The notes beneath the pieces were generated by a model that worked only from the letters and a program-made list of their open reading frames with translations, had not been told where the DNA came from and ran no database searches. Both the position numbers and the translations under genes were made by a program. A DNA stretch of 64,000 bases, taken from Vicugna vicugna. Taxonomy: Eukaryota. The first letter of the stretch is position 1, and the number at the start of each line of letters is the position of its first letter. Below are positions 1 to 11,822 of this stretch, piece after piece. Location of the stretch: NCBI GenBank assembly GCA_013265495.1, contig MU058667.1, positions 1 to 64,000 of the forward strand. Reading direction: 5' to 3'.

Positions 1-35
<35 letters not shown>
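1..35. repeat. (TG)n microsatellite within the 3'UTR, truncated by the window start
   Basis: Pure TG run. Confidence 0.98.
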
Positions 36-40
<5 letters not shown>

Positions 41-1845
41 CCTGAGATTCATCTTGTTTTGTTTTGTTTAGTGCCTAATCATTAGTATTTCCAGATGGCA
101 AGGTTCTCCACCACATACAACTCTTAGGAACTTTTATAATACTTTTTGAGAGGCAGTTATACGATTTTGGATTTAGGGGCATTTGCACAGTAGTCCTGGG
201 TCAGTGAAATAATTTGTTGACTATGTTGGTGCACATGTTAAACTGTCTCTTACAGTAAGTCAGTATCCCAAGTGTCTTTCAGTTTTGACATCGTTTCTCG
301 TCTGAAGACACTTGCTCTACTTTTTGGGAAGAATTTGCATGTGGTTCAGCCAGTTCTGCAGTCAGGCCAGAGTAGGCAAGACTGCGTATGCCAGTCCTTC
401 CATTTACAGGATTTCACTCATATTTCTTGAACTAGCTGTCCTCCAGAAGACAATAATCAGGGCCTAATTAGAACAGGCTGCATTGCTTCCCAGCTAACAG
501 TTGTGGTCACACTAAAAACAATCATTGTATTTCACCCCTGGAGTGTAGCACATCTCATGTTTTATCATTTGGATGGAGTAATTTAAAATGAATTAAATTC
601 CAGAGAACAATGGATGCATTGCTTGGCAGATGTCACAACAGAATAACCACTTGTTTGGAGCCTGGCACGGGCATACAGCCTAATCAAAATTATTCTGCAC
701 AGTTTTCAGTGCGCTTTCAGGGAGCTGTGTACGGGTGCACTTTGGAAACTTTTCTCTCTTACTTTGCTTGTTCTATAGTAAAAATATTTGGAAAGTACTT
801 TAAGAAAAACCAATATGGCTTTTTTTCACTAGCTTCAAAAGGGCCTCTTTTACTGGGATATTCTAGGCTGCAGACACACATAATCAAGTTCAAGAGTAAA
901 AGTGAAAATTGGCAAATGTAAAGCGGATCAAAATCACCACCTCAGTAAATTATGGATGTTTTATCAGAATGAAAATCACAGGATAGAAAGAAAAGACTTT
1001 GACTTATTTTGTGTTTTCATTTTATGCCTCTTGGCTTGAGCAGCTCTTTCTAAATGTATCAGTAGAGGAAAAAAGCAGATGAATTACAAAGCAGATGTGC
1101 CACGTGCTCGCACCCCTGGCAACTCCAGCCGGCACTGTGACTGTTTGTTTATGAGGACGTTGAAACCCAGGGCTGATGCTTAACCCTTCTCTGGGTGATT
1201 TTTGGCTTGTGTTCCTTGAGCTTTTCTAAAGCATGACCCTGATAAGGCACTCAAGAAACTACAACCATACTACTGTCTTCAAATCACGTAAGAAATTCTA
1301 TGCATAGCAGAGCTGCGGGGCCACCAGGAATCTCCTGAGTTCCGCCACAATATGGCTTGGACGCGACCAGGACTCCAGCCTGGGGAAGAAGAGAGGTCTC
1401 CTTCTCTGTGCTGGTATTTGGGGGGTTTGTTTGTCTTTGCTTGGTGCTAAAGGAGGTTCTCTGGGCGCCTCGACCAGATCTGGTTTTTTAAAAAACAGAC
1501 GCTCCTTTATCAAGGCATACTTGATTTCTCGCAACATTGAAACTTCCTCAGCAAGGGTCAACAGTGGCACAAAGTCAAAATAATACAGTATTTAGTTCAC
1601 AAGTAGATGTAATTTACTAAGACTAGCACCCACAGGCTATATCTAGCATAACCCATAGAATTGTAAAGGAAGACAATAAAATAGTTCCATGTGTCCACTT
1701 TTTTAGTGGTTAAAAAAAAGGAAGCAGGTATTAAAATATGGAAGCTGAAAAAAAAAGAAAAGACTCTTGCAACATGATGAACATAATTAGCGCTTTACGT
1801 GTGTTAGTTACACGTTGTAAGGATGTATTCCTAGTAAGGCTAGAA

Positions 1846-2139
1846 CAATGTTGCCCAAAGTATGTGCCTTAAACACTCGTCCCTCCAGATTTTCTGCCAA
1901 AAATTAAAATGGCATAATCATCAAGGAGGAAGGGGATGCCTCACATTCTTCCCTTTTTCACTGGGAATTTAGTTGCCTGTTTGCACATTAAAAGCTCTAA
2001 GAAGTCCTGTAATAAAGAGTCATATTAATGTTTTTAAATCTGCATTTCAATAAACATCTTTGATCACAGAACCCTTGTTTTCTCATGGGATACTGATGAG
2101 CAATTTAGTGTTCCAATCAATACATTTTGGAGATTGCTA
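1846..2139. mobile_element. Decayed hAT-Charlie-type MITE (MER112/MER117-like) overlapping the PRSS23 3' end
   Basis: Degenerate TIRs CAATGTTGCCCAAAGTATGTG (1846) and AATACATTTTGGAGATTGCTA (~2119-2139). Internal GCTCTAAGAAGTCCTGTAATAAAGA and TTTGATCACAGAACCC resemble the recalled consensus. Confidence 0.6.
2049..2054 (+). terminator. PRSS23: Polyadenylation signal of PRSS23 (second AATAAA at 2011-2016)
   Basis: AATAAA, then CA at ~2067-2068 and a T-rich downstream element (CTTGTTTTCT). Matches the recalled end of the human mRNA. Confidence 0.75.
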
Positions 2140-2968
2140 TCACTGCCTTCTGGTCAAAGTGATGACGCAGAAAGTCTGAGTCCCGAGTGGCGCTGGGTAC
2201 TGGGGCCTTTTGGGTGAAACAGAACCCCATATTTAGAAATATTCAGAGGGTAAAACGGGAGAGAATAAACTTGAAAATCATTTGTTGTCGAGAATCAGAA
2301 GATTGTGACAGAATTTGGAACACATTTTTTCATAGACTTTATTCAAAGTGCTGGACTTTATAAAGGAGCTAGTCCAAAGGCATGGGAAAATAGGGCTAAA
2401 AGAGGTAAAGAAATAAAGAGGTAAAGAAGTCGGTGGCAGAGTTACACGTGTGTTCTTTCTTTCCTTTTCTTTTTTTTTTTTTTAGACCAGACATGGATTT
2501 AAAAACAAACAAACTGGGAGGTAAGTCATAACATCAAGGTCACGCTCTTCACTTGTGTGACTACCTGCTCAGTGGGCGGGCAGGCCCACGGTCATTAACA
2601 CCCAGGTCCGTGTGTAAGGTAGTGGTCTCTCTCTAACACCTGCGGGAGTCTGGTTCAAAACTGGTTGAGGATGCCAAGCTGGCACTGGAGTAACGACTCT
2701 CTACTGTCCCCGCCATGCACTAGCTGAGGGTAAGTGGCAGCTATCCAGGACTATCTGGAGGAGCTGGAACAGCAGCCCTCAGCACTTCCTCTGTCCTTGC
2801 TGGTCAGAGCCCGCAGTCAAGGAGCCTAGTGGATGGTCCCTGCCCTGGCCTGGCTGTCCTTCTGGCTTTGCCTGAGCTCTACTGCTCAGGTCTGCCCCTG
2901 TCCTTGTGAAGCACCAGCTCAAGGATGTCTGGAAGTTGCTTCCCTCAACCAGTTTTTATGGATATTTG

Positions 2969-3098
2969 TAGAGTGGCCATTTAATTTATCATCCAGAATG
3001 GAACACTTTTAAGACTGACTGAAACAGAATTCTATGAGGCCAGGGCAGCAGGGACACACCAGTTGTGTCCTGGGAAACCCAGCATGTCTGGTCACCTC
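2969..3098. mobile_element. hAT-Blackjack MITE (MER81/MER94-like)
   Basis: TAGAGTGGCCATTTAATTTATCATCCAGAATGGAACACTTTT...TGTCTGGTCACC, resembling TAGGGTGACCA-type TIRs. Confidence 0.6.
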
Positions 3099-3923
3099 GA
3101 CTGATAAACACTTGGAAGCACTGTACAGAATGCGGACCAACAGCCAACCTTGTTAACCCAGAACAGCGGTGGGGCTACGTGCCCCCTTGGCCTGGATCCA
3201 CATTCTGTGGGCATCTGATAGCGGAAGGGCATTTAAAACCCCTGTTGATGGGGTGGGGTCTAGAGTACATAGGTGGTAGACACCAACCATTTCCAGCAGC
3301 TGAACAACCCCTCTGTTTTTAGACTTCCGTTTCCCCAGAGAAGGAAATCAACCAGCTTCCAAGACTAGAGTAGATCAGGCTGAGAGGTGGGGCAGCAGAC
3401 TGGTGTGGGACAGTGACGGCCGTGGAGTTGGGCAGATTGATTCCATAGCTGTCTGTTCCTTTTGGTGAACAAATCTCAATGCACTTCAGTTTAAACTTAA
3501 AACCCTCCTATCTGATTGAAAGATCCTCCCTCTCTCTCCGGGTTCCTACTCCTCCAGTGGGCTGGGGTAGAACAGAGGAAGAGGAAAAGGGCAAACACCT
3601 GTGTCCTCTCCTCAATGGCTGCTGCTTCTCTGACAACATCAGCTCTTCCATCCTCCTTAGCTCTTACCTTTTGTGATGTAACCCTCTGCCTCTTGCTGTT
3701 GGGGCACCCTTACCTGGCAGACAGGCCTCTCGAGTGGTGAACCAGGAAAAGAACCCAAACCCAGCCATCCTCTTCCAGTCTGGCATTACGTGAGAAACTC
3801 ACAGGCTTGCTATAGCTAACTGTGAGCTGCTCATTGACGATCTAGAGAGAAGCTGTTCTAGGCTGAGGGCACTGGAGTGCAGGGGCCCCTGGCAGGATCT
3901 AATTCAGTCTGTTCAGGAAGCAG

Positions 3924-4213
3924 GGGTTAAAAAGTATAAACTTACACTATAAAATAAATAAGTCATGGGGATGCAATGTAGAATACGGTAACTATCAATA
4001 ATACTGTTTTGCATATTTGTAAGTTGCTGAGAGAGCAAATTTTAAAAGTTCTCATCACAGGAAAAGAATTTGTAACTATGTGTAGTAATGAATGCTAACT
4101 AGACTGATTGTGAAATTATCATTTCACAATATATGCAAATATTCAATCATTATGTTGTACATCTGAAACTAGAATAATGTTGTATGCCAATTATATCTCA
4201 ATTTTTAAAAAAG
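3924..4213 (+). mobile_element. L1 3' end fragment (L1MA9-like)
   Basis: AAAGTTCTCATCACA...CATTATGTTGTACATCTGAAACT...TGCCAATTATATCTCAAT followed by an A-rich tail. Confidence 0.85.
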
Positions 4214-4219
4214 AATAAC

Positions 4220-4695
4220 ACTTAGGTTTGGGGCTGAGCATCCGGGTAGATTGCACGTACTATTTGCTGAGATGGGAAAGACTGGGGAAAGAGGATTCGA
4301 TTTGCAATCAGGGTGGGGCGGGGGTGGGGGGGTGACAAAAATCAAGAATGTATTAGTCATGTTTGAAATGTCTAGTGGACAACCAAGTGGACATGTCAAG
4401 TGAGCACGCCGATTATTAAGAATCTCTGATTGCAAAACTCGGCAGAGAGACCTTGAATCAGCATGTAGGTGGCATTTAAAGCCACAGAGCGAGGTGGTAT
4501 CACCTGGGGAGACAAAGAGAGGAGGCTTGAGAAGCCAAGAGGGCTGGGGACAGAATCCTGGTGCACAGTCCTTTAGAGGTTGGGTTCGTAGAGGGGGAAG
4601 TGGGGGAGGATGAGGCTGCAAAGAGGCTGAGAAGAAGCAGCCAATGAGGTCAGTGGAAAACTAGGAAAAGCTCAGAAGCCAAGAGAAGAAAGTCT
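4220..4695 (-). mobile_element. L2 fragment (RT region)
   Basis: Minus-strand translation GFKCHLHADS and LDISNM resembles the L2 RT motif HGFKYHLYADDSQ..LDIS. Confidence 0.8.
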
Positions 4696-5082
4696 GAAGC
4701 CAGGTGAGGGAGGGAGGAGGGCAAAGGGAAGCGACAAGAAGAAATCGAGTTTAGAAGAGCCCCTCTGGCTCCAGTGGGCAAGGCAGGGTGTGGCGGGCAG
4801 CCAGGGAGGAGCCATCTGGCCCTCCAAGCAGAACTTTGCCTGGTGCACCTCTGCGCTCCCCGCGGCTCTGCTCCCTCACTGCCTGTGATGACTGATGAAC
4901 TGAATCCTCAGCCGAGCCTCGGGATAGCTCTGCCCTCAGGAAGGGCAAGGATTCAGGGCCGCAGGCTCCCTGGGGGAGTCTGAGGGTCTCGATAACCCGG
5001 GTTCAGGAAGGCCCATGGCCGTCCCCTCCTGTCCAGCCTGATGTTCTCTGAGAGTGGAAAGTGCAGGGTGACTCTTCAGTGT

Positions 5083-5110
5083 GGTGTGTGTGCGTGTGTG
5101 TGTGTGTGTG
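5083..5110. repeat. (TG)n microsatellite
   Basis: Near-pure TG run. Confidence 0.95.
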
Positions 5111-5899
5111 ATCAAGTGAGTAAAAATTCCAAGTGCTCTCTTAGTCTTGATTTATCACGGGCCCCATCTTCAGACTTTAAAAGGACTAAGGCACTCTCTT
5201 CCCTAAAGAGCGAGGACAGCTTTGAGAAGTGTCAAGTTCCAATCCACTGAAGCAAGACTGAAGTGTTTCCATTGGAGAGAAAGAGGAGTCTCAGAAAATG
5301 AAATAAACAGAGCAAGTGTCTGGAATGGGAGCAGCAGCCGTGGGAACAGCCAGCGGCTCAGCCGTGCCACAACTGAGCTGTCTTCTCAGGAAGGCCTTCC
5401 CTGCCCCTTCTCTAAAAGCTCCCCCACAGCTGCCCAAGGCATGTTCTAAAGCAAAGACCTGGTTGGGTCACTCCCCTTTGTGTCCTGTTGACTAGACTCT
5501 GGCCACTAGAGGATAAAGGTTAGCATTCTTAGCCTCAAATCTACCACCCATCCAATATGGTGGTCAAGTTTATCCTCCATTGCTCCCTAGTCACACAGCC
5601 TGGCCTCCAGCAAGCCGCACTAAAAGCACTGTGTTTTCAAGCCACCCCCATTGCGCAAGCTCTCCTCCTCTGCCAAGGCTGCCCTTCCCCCGTCTCCCCG
5701 GCTCGCCAATTATTCAGCTATTCAACTACTCTTCAGCAATAAGCCCCTCTTGGTGCTGGTCTCTGTCAGCTGACACTGGAGCTGCAGAGACAGACGGGAC
5801 ACATCCCTGTGCTCGAGGTGTTCCTGTGTCTTCTCCTTTTGAGGTCACGGTAGTCACAGGTCCAGCTCTACCTCCCAGAGTGGTAAGGCTCAGGAACTA

Positions 5900-8150
5900 C
5901 TTCGTCTACGAGACTATCTTGGTGTCAGTAAAATGGAACTGCCACTTTGTAAATTGAACTAATTGAATGTTCCACTCACATTTCAATAAATCTTTGAGTT
6001 AGATTGCCCTGTCTGGTTAGTGCATTTCTTTTCTGGGATTTATTAATACTGCTCTACATCCAGTTCCCTGATGGAAAATGCCATGTTTGGTAAACCAATG
6101 TAACTCAAGCATGACTAATATCCTCCATGGATCAGCCTTACTTGGACATAGGACATTGTCCTTCAGAAGTGACACATGTAACCACTCCAGGATGTTTGTC
6201 AGACCAACCAAACATAGAGTCAGAAAATCCCACGGAAATGCCACCAGTTTTTTCTATCCTCATGGGAAAAATGTGTTTGTTGATTGACTAAATAATATCA
6301 GGGAGAATTAATTCAATTCCCCCCCCCCTTTTTTGATCAGCTTTGTTATGCCTCATTAAGTTCATTGAGCTGTTTAATGTCCCACATTCACTTCATTTGC
6401 CTTCATCTGAGGGCTCAGAAATGGCAAAATGCTATGGAGGTTCATTCATAAAAATAATTTGACTTGAAAATCCAATTATTTATAACACCCACCACCGTGT
6501 GAAAGGATAAAACATATAATGACTACACTTGAGTCTATCCATACAGACATTAACATTTGTGATCAGATTTCTTTAACGGTTCATTTTTGTTGAAAATACA
6601 GTTCTTTGAGAGTAAGAAAGAAACTTGGATTTGATTTTTTAAATTATCTTCTTACTGTGAGCTGCTGTTTCCTGGACATTTTCTATTTCATTTATAATGT
6701 GTCTTTGATCATATTTTTCTTGAATCTGGTGCTCTGTAACCCCTTTATATAGTGTTTCTTTTAGATACCATTTTTAAAAACTTTTCTCTTGAAATGTTAT
6801 CAATCTGTCTAGAGAGTCAATTTAGTTATTTTCAAATTTTAAGCTCTTTAGATCATTACAATTGAAAAGATGAAAAACAAAGTAAGAAATTCTGTGATTG
6901 CAGATCAAACTTTTGCAAGTGGCTGGCTGGCACTTTTGAGATGAAAGTCTAGACTTTCATGATGTGCCCTATATTTCTAGCTTGCTGATTGTCACCATAT
7001 TCTTGAAGGGAAACAATGAGGCTTGTCTGATATACCTGAACATCAATTAGAGTTCTTTTGTAGAGTGTATCACTGTTCAACTCTAATGTTTGCCATTGGC
7101 TCACTGACTTTTTATAACCAGTGAAAACCCATCCAAGGATCTTTCAATTTCCTCTTGAATTTGTTCTTATAATGAATTTACACTTGTATGGAGGGAAGTA
7201 CTAGGCTATTCATTAATGAAATTAACAAGCATTTATTGAGGGCCTGCTGTGTGTCAGACACTTTTCTAAGGGCTTTACATAGATTAATTAATTCACTTAC
7301 TTCTCACTACAAATGGATGGAGGAAGCATTGGTTTTTATCTCCATTTCAGAGATGGGAAAATTGAGGCACATAGACATCAACTTGACAAAAACACACAGC
7401 TAAAATTGGGATTCATATCCTGACAGTCTGCCTCCAGAGCTCATGCTCTGTTCTACTTATAGCAAGATGCCACGGAACTACGAGGAAGGTAGCAACTAAC
7501 ATGCCTCCCAGTTGAGGGAGGGGCGTCAGCGACTACACCACAGAGCAAGAGATGTTTAATCCTTGACAAATCTTCCATTTAATCCCCGAGAGCAACTACT
7601 AACATATATTGAGTCATCTCGAAAGAAGATGCACTAGAAAAAAATAAATGCACATATCTGCAAAGCTGCACTGCATACCTAAGAGCTTGTAACATCAGTA
7701 CACATGTAATATAAATCATGCATGACTCTATATTCATTTTATGTGCTAATGAAGAATTCTAAGATTTCCTTTACATGCTTGTCATATCATAAGTCTGTCA
7801 TTCATTAAAACCTATTTCAGATGTCCAACATTCAGAAGTTTCTGAAGTGCCTTGGGGAAAGGATCCAGGTTTTTAAGATACACTGTTGTTCTAATTCTGT
7901 TGTTTGTCATAACATGACTCTGAATAACTTTTATTTAATAAGTGTTTCTGACCATTGAGTAAGATCTAAGTCAAAAAATAACCCCCCAAAATAAATGGCA
8001 GCCTGAAATACCACATTGGTCTGCAGATTCAGACTAAACGATCTCGGATTTCTTCAAGCTTTGAAAAATACACTGAAAAAACCTCTCTCCCCATGTGAAC
8101 TTTCCCAGGCCAACTGGGCTAACGTTTGCTCATTCTTGGCTCGCCCCCTA
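5900..8150 (+). mobile_element. Heavily decayed hAT-Tip100 (Arthur-like) DNA transposon with transposase remnants; 5' boundary uncertain
   Basis: Motifs in transposase order: TTF-zinc-finger-like KHRVRKSHGNA (~6210-6242); catalytic-D region TDINICDQISLTVHF (6543-6587); LKGNNE (~7003-7020); YHC (7068-7076); dimerisation-like KCF*PLSKI*VKK (7940-7978). The end GGCCAACTGGGCTAACGTTTGCTCATTCTTGGCTCGCCCCCTA resembles the recalled Arthur 3' terminus. Confidence 0.55.
7222..7447 (-). mobile_element. MIR SINE inserted in the hAT fossil
   Basis: CATTTATTGAG...CCATTTCAGAGATGGGAAAATTGAGGCACA, the reverse MIR core. Confidence 0.85.
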
Positions 8151-8156
8151 GTGGTG
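8141..8156 (-). promoter_or_regulatory. Predicted CTCF binding site
   Basis: Minus strand CACCACTAGGGGGCGA matches the CTCF core CCASYAGRKGGCR. Motif only; binding not shown. Confidence 0.55.
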
Positions 8157-8839
8157 TATTCTACTTATGACTATTTCTCGGATACTAACAAGTAAAACTC
8201 CTGGTGTCTCTGGGTATTTGTTTTTAGTTTTGTCCCTTCCACACCTTTTTGCATTTGCCCAGAGGGACCTCCAAAGACAGCATCTTGAGATGAAAGGTGA
8301 ACAATGTGCAAAGTGGCCCAGACATGCTATTGGCACTGATGGTGGTGAAATCCTTCCTTCAAGTTTGTGCTCTTTCTTTTCCTCTCTCTACCACGGGACC
8401 ATGTCTTTACTTGCCCACCCCTCACTCTCTTCCCTTTGTCAACATCCCACTGGAGTGGTGCCAGGTAGTCTGAGGGTGTGACAATGACTTATAGGCAATG
8501 CTGTGCCTTGAAAATTCCAATAAAGCCCATTGAATGCTGCTGGCGGGAGCCCCATCCTCTCACCCACATAAGCAAGTCACCACCCTAGAGGCCTCAGTCA
8601 GTCCCAGACTTCACGGCTCCTTATGGGCAGCTGGGGCTGTTACTTGCTGGCCCAGCCACTTGAGCATCATCCAAATAGCACAAGAAGGGTGAGACCCGGC
8701 CAGCATCATGGACCTCACCCTCTGCAGAATGCTGAGTCCTGGTCCAGAACCAGGAAACTCAGTGCACACACATCATTACTTTGAACAACCTTCTTTAACA
8801 AGCAAAGAGCCAATACTTGGCTTGATGGAATGAGTACCT

Positions 8840-9037
8840 ATATATAAAATAGATAAACAAGGTCATAAAATAGATAAACAAGATATAGCACAGGGAACTA
8901 TATTCAGTATCTTGTAATAGCCCCTATAATGAGAAAAACATGAAAAGGAATATGTATGTATAACTGAATCATTATGTTGTACACCAGAAATTAACACACT
9001 GTAAACTGACTATACGTCAATAAAATTAAATAAATAA
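8840..9037 (+). mobile_element. Cetartiodactyl/camelid-type L1 3' end
   Basis: TATAGCACAGGGAACTATATTCA...TGTACACCAGAAATTAACACACTGTAAACTGACTATAC-AATAAA tail, with a local duplication of ATAAAATAGATAAACAAG. Confidence 0.9.
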
Positions 9038-10049
9038 GAAGTTAGGGTCCCAATAATTTTTTTAAGTAAAACAGTTTTTAATCATCCTGAAGAAAATAAT
9101 CACTGGCTTTTATCTGAATTTTATAAGGATTGATGTCACAGATGAAGTGAAGATGAGTGAAGAGAGGATTCTTACTTATATGCAAAATAATATCTATAAC
9201 ATGGGACTAGTCATTTCTTCCCAGCACAGTTGTGAGCGTTAGAAATGGGGAATGTAAAGTGACCAGCGAATTGTCCAGCACACTGTAGGGGTCCATTCAT
9301 TGATTCATTCAGTCTGAAAATATTTATTGAGCACCTATTATATATAATGCACCCACTTAGGTAAAACTGAAAGATGTGCACCCTTGTGAAGCTTGCATGG
9401 CAATTTCTCCTGCCACAACTCAAAAAACATAATTTAGGGGGGAAATGATCACCGACTTTCAGGGACTGGCAGTGTCATGTTGGAGAGGGGCTGCCACGTT
9501 CAGTGTGGTTGTAGAAAGCAGAAGTAGGACCAGCCGGTGGACTTTCGAGGGCAGCTGTTTTCCCCCAGTGAAAGGAGGACCCTGGCTATAATCAGCACTG
9601 ACGGGAAATGGGATGGGGCTAAGTCTGGAGGCAGCGGTGGGGGTGGGCTGGAGGCTGTTCCATCAGTGGAAGTGTTTTGCAGAGAATTCAGGACCTAGTG
9701 TGAGGGATCTCTACAGTGCACACCAAGTAGGAATATCTGAAATCCACGTTTCCTTCTACCTCTTAGATCCAAGATGCTAGGACTGAGATGGAAACCAAGG
9801 TAATTAGCCAGAACAGGGCTGAGACTAAAAGGTGAGCCAGGGAGTGTATATGCAGGCTCCACGCCGGCTACTGATGAACTGGAGCTACAGGTTCCAGTCA
9901 TCTTCCGCCTCCAGGAATCCAGCACCTGGGGTCTGCGTCTGACCAGGCTGAGGGTGGGGAAGACCTTATCAGGAGATGGGGGCAAGTCACTGTCCTAAGA
10001 GTCAGGAAGCCATCAAGCAGCTGGACACAAACATGGAAGCAGAGGATAA

Positions 10050-10240
10050 TAATGATTAGACCTGCAATGTATTGAGAGCCTATTTCTCTTAATTTAGTAT
10101 TTTCAGTGTGTAAAAACACCCTGAAAATAGGTATAGTTAACCCCATTTTACAGAACTGAGAGCCTGAGATGTTAACTAATTAACCAAAGGACACACAACT
10201 AATCAACAGTGAAGCCAGGGCTTGAACTCACTGCCTCTGT
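10050..10240 (-). mobile_element. MIR SINE
   Basis: CCCCATTTTACAGAACTGAG...GTTAACTAATTAACCAAAGGACACACA, the reverse MIR core. Confidence 0.75.
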
Positions 10241-11822
10241 CCTTCCTTGATGCCTCCCTAGTAGGTGGAATGAGGCAGGGGACCTGGGTTCCACTCCTTC
10301 CCTGGACCTCATTTTCCAACCCTCAGTGAGAGAGGTGGGCTCAACAATTTCTAATTCAATTCAACCACCACCTCCTGAGGACTTACTAGATCCCAGAACC
10401 TGGCTAGGAGCAGAGGGTTAAGGTGGCCTGTCCTCGTGGCGTTCACAGAAGAGGGAAGGAGGCAGGGTCACAGACAGATCTTTGCAAAAGAAGAGGCTTA
10501 GTGATACTTACTTCTGTTCATGCTCCCGCACTCTGATTCACTTTAATGGCACAAAGCTCAATCACAAAGGTTACACTGAGAATTCAGAGCAGGGGGCTTT
10601 AGGAAAGAGAGGCTGAAGCTAAAGAGGGCCCTGGCCGGGAGAAAAGAGGTGGAATGAGAACCATGGGTGGTGGGGGCAGGTGAGCATTCAGTTCTGAGAT
10701 TGTGCTGGAACTCGCTCTCTCCTCTGGAGTTCCTCAGCCCACAAAACCCCATGAGCAACAGCAGAGGACCATGTTTGGGTACCTGACCCTGTTTAGAGGT
10801 GCATGGTCACTTTAACTCATTGTGATTTAAATCTCACCTGTTTCTACTACAGCTTCCGTCCCATCTCCTACTTTGAACTAGTGGGTGCTCAGCAAGAGAG
10901 GTGAACTGAGGCAGAGACGGGTGCCAGCTCTTCACAGGATGCTGATTTGACTACATGCGGTTCCTTGACCCTGTCTCTAATCAAAGCACCACTAACCCAA
11001 TAAACCCAGAAAGGAGCCTTTACCGAGCCGGGCAGTGGGAAGCCATCACATCTCTCTGTGGGCACGGGCACATGAGGTCAAGATCACAGCTGAATGTCTA
11101 CGGGAACAGGATAGCTCTGCAAATAGATCAGCAGAACCAAGTTTCCAAAACAGGAGAAAGTGTGAGCCTTTCCAGTCTCCATGGATTGTGGCCCAAATTC
11201 TTCTAAGGAGTAACAGCTCCGTGGCATTATTGAATGTGAAATCTAAATATTTGCTTTAGGAGATTATAGGAAAGCTGTTGAATCATAAGTGATGGCCCGA
11301 TTTTGTACTCTCATGAACAGGTCATTCTTTGTGCTTATTGACACGGGGGAAGGTGTTATGCCTCTATCATGCTTTATTCCTTAAAATGCTTCTTCCAGCC
11401 TTCCCTTTCTTTGTGCCTATTCATCATTTTTCTTAATTCAGTATCTGGATTTTATAGAATCCTTTACAGTTTGACACCTCTTTTGCTCCCCTCCCATAAC
11501 AGCCCTGGTCATCACCTTCATAATCATATTTTCTCACAACTATGTATTGTTCTTCACAGTTTGTAAATCACACATTCATGATGTCATGAACCCCCTAAAA
11601 GCCCCGTGAGGCCGATAAAGCAGTTGCTATTACGCACATTTTACAGGTGAAAAAACTGCCGGCTAAAGAAGTTAAATCATTCGCTCCAGGCTGCTAAGCT
11701 CAGTAGTTGAGTTTGGAATTGAACACAACCCTCCCCCTGCTTAACACTCTGGGCCTCAGCCAGCACCCTACATCAACAAGGTCCTGCATTTGGGCTGTGA
11801 CAGACTTTATACAAGACTTGGA

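Larger units (their letters stand above)
1..2070 (+). other. PRSS23: Distal 3'UTR of serine protease 23 (terminal exon; CDS lies upstream of the window)
   Basis: Colinear similarity, from recall, to the human PRSS23 3'UTR, e.g. TTTGGATGGAGTAATTTAAAATGAATTAAATTCCAGAGAACAATGG (~568-613), GATAAGGCACTCAAGAAAC (~1241), TTAGTTCACAAGTAGATGTAATTTACTAA (~1592) and the end CTGCATTTCAATAAACATCTTTGATCAC (~2040-2067). Not confirmed by alignment. Confidence 0.85.

Noticed and set aside
5900..8150. Endogenous non-retroviral viral element in the AT-rich unexplained stretch
   Set aside because: Residual motifs and the terminus fit a hAT transposase better; no borna-, filo- or parvovirus-like peptide recognised.
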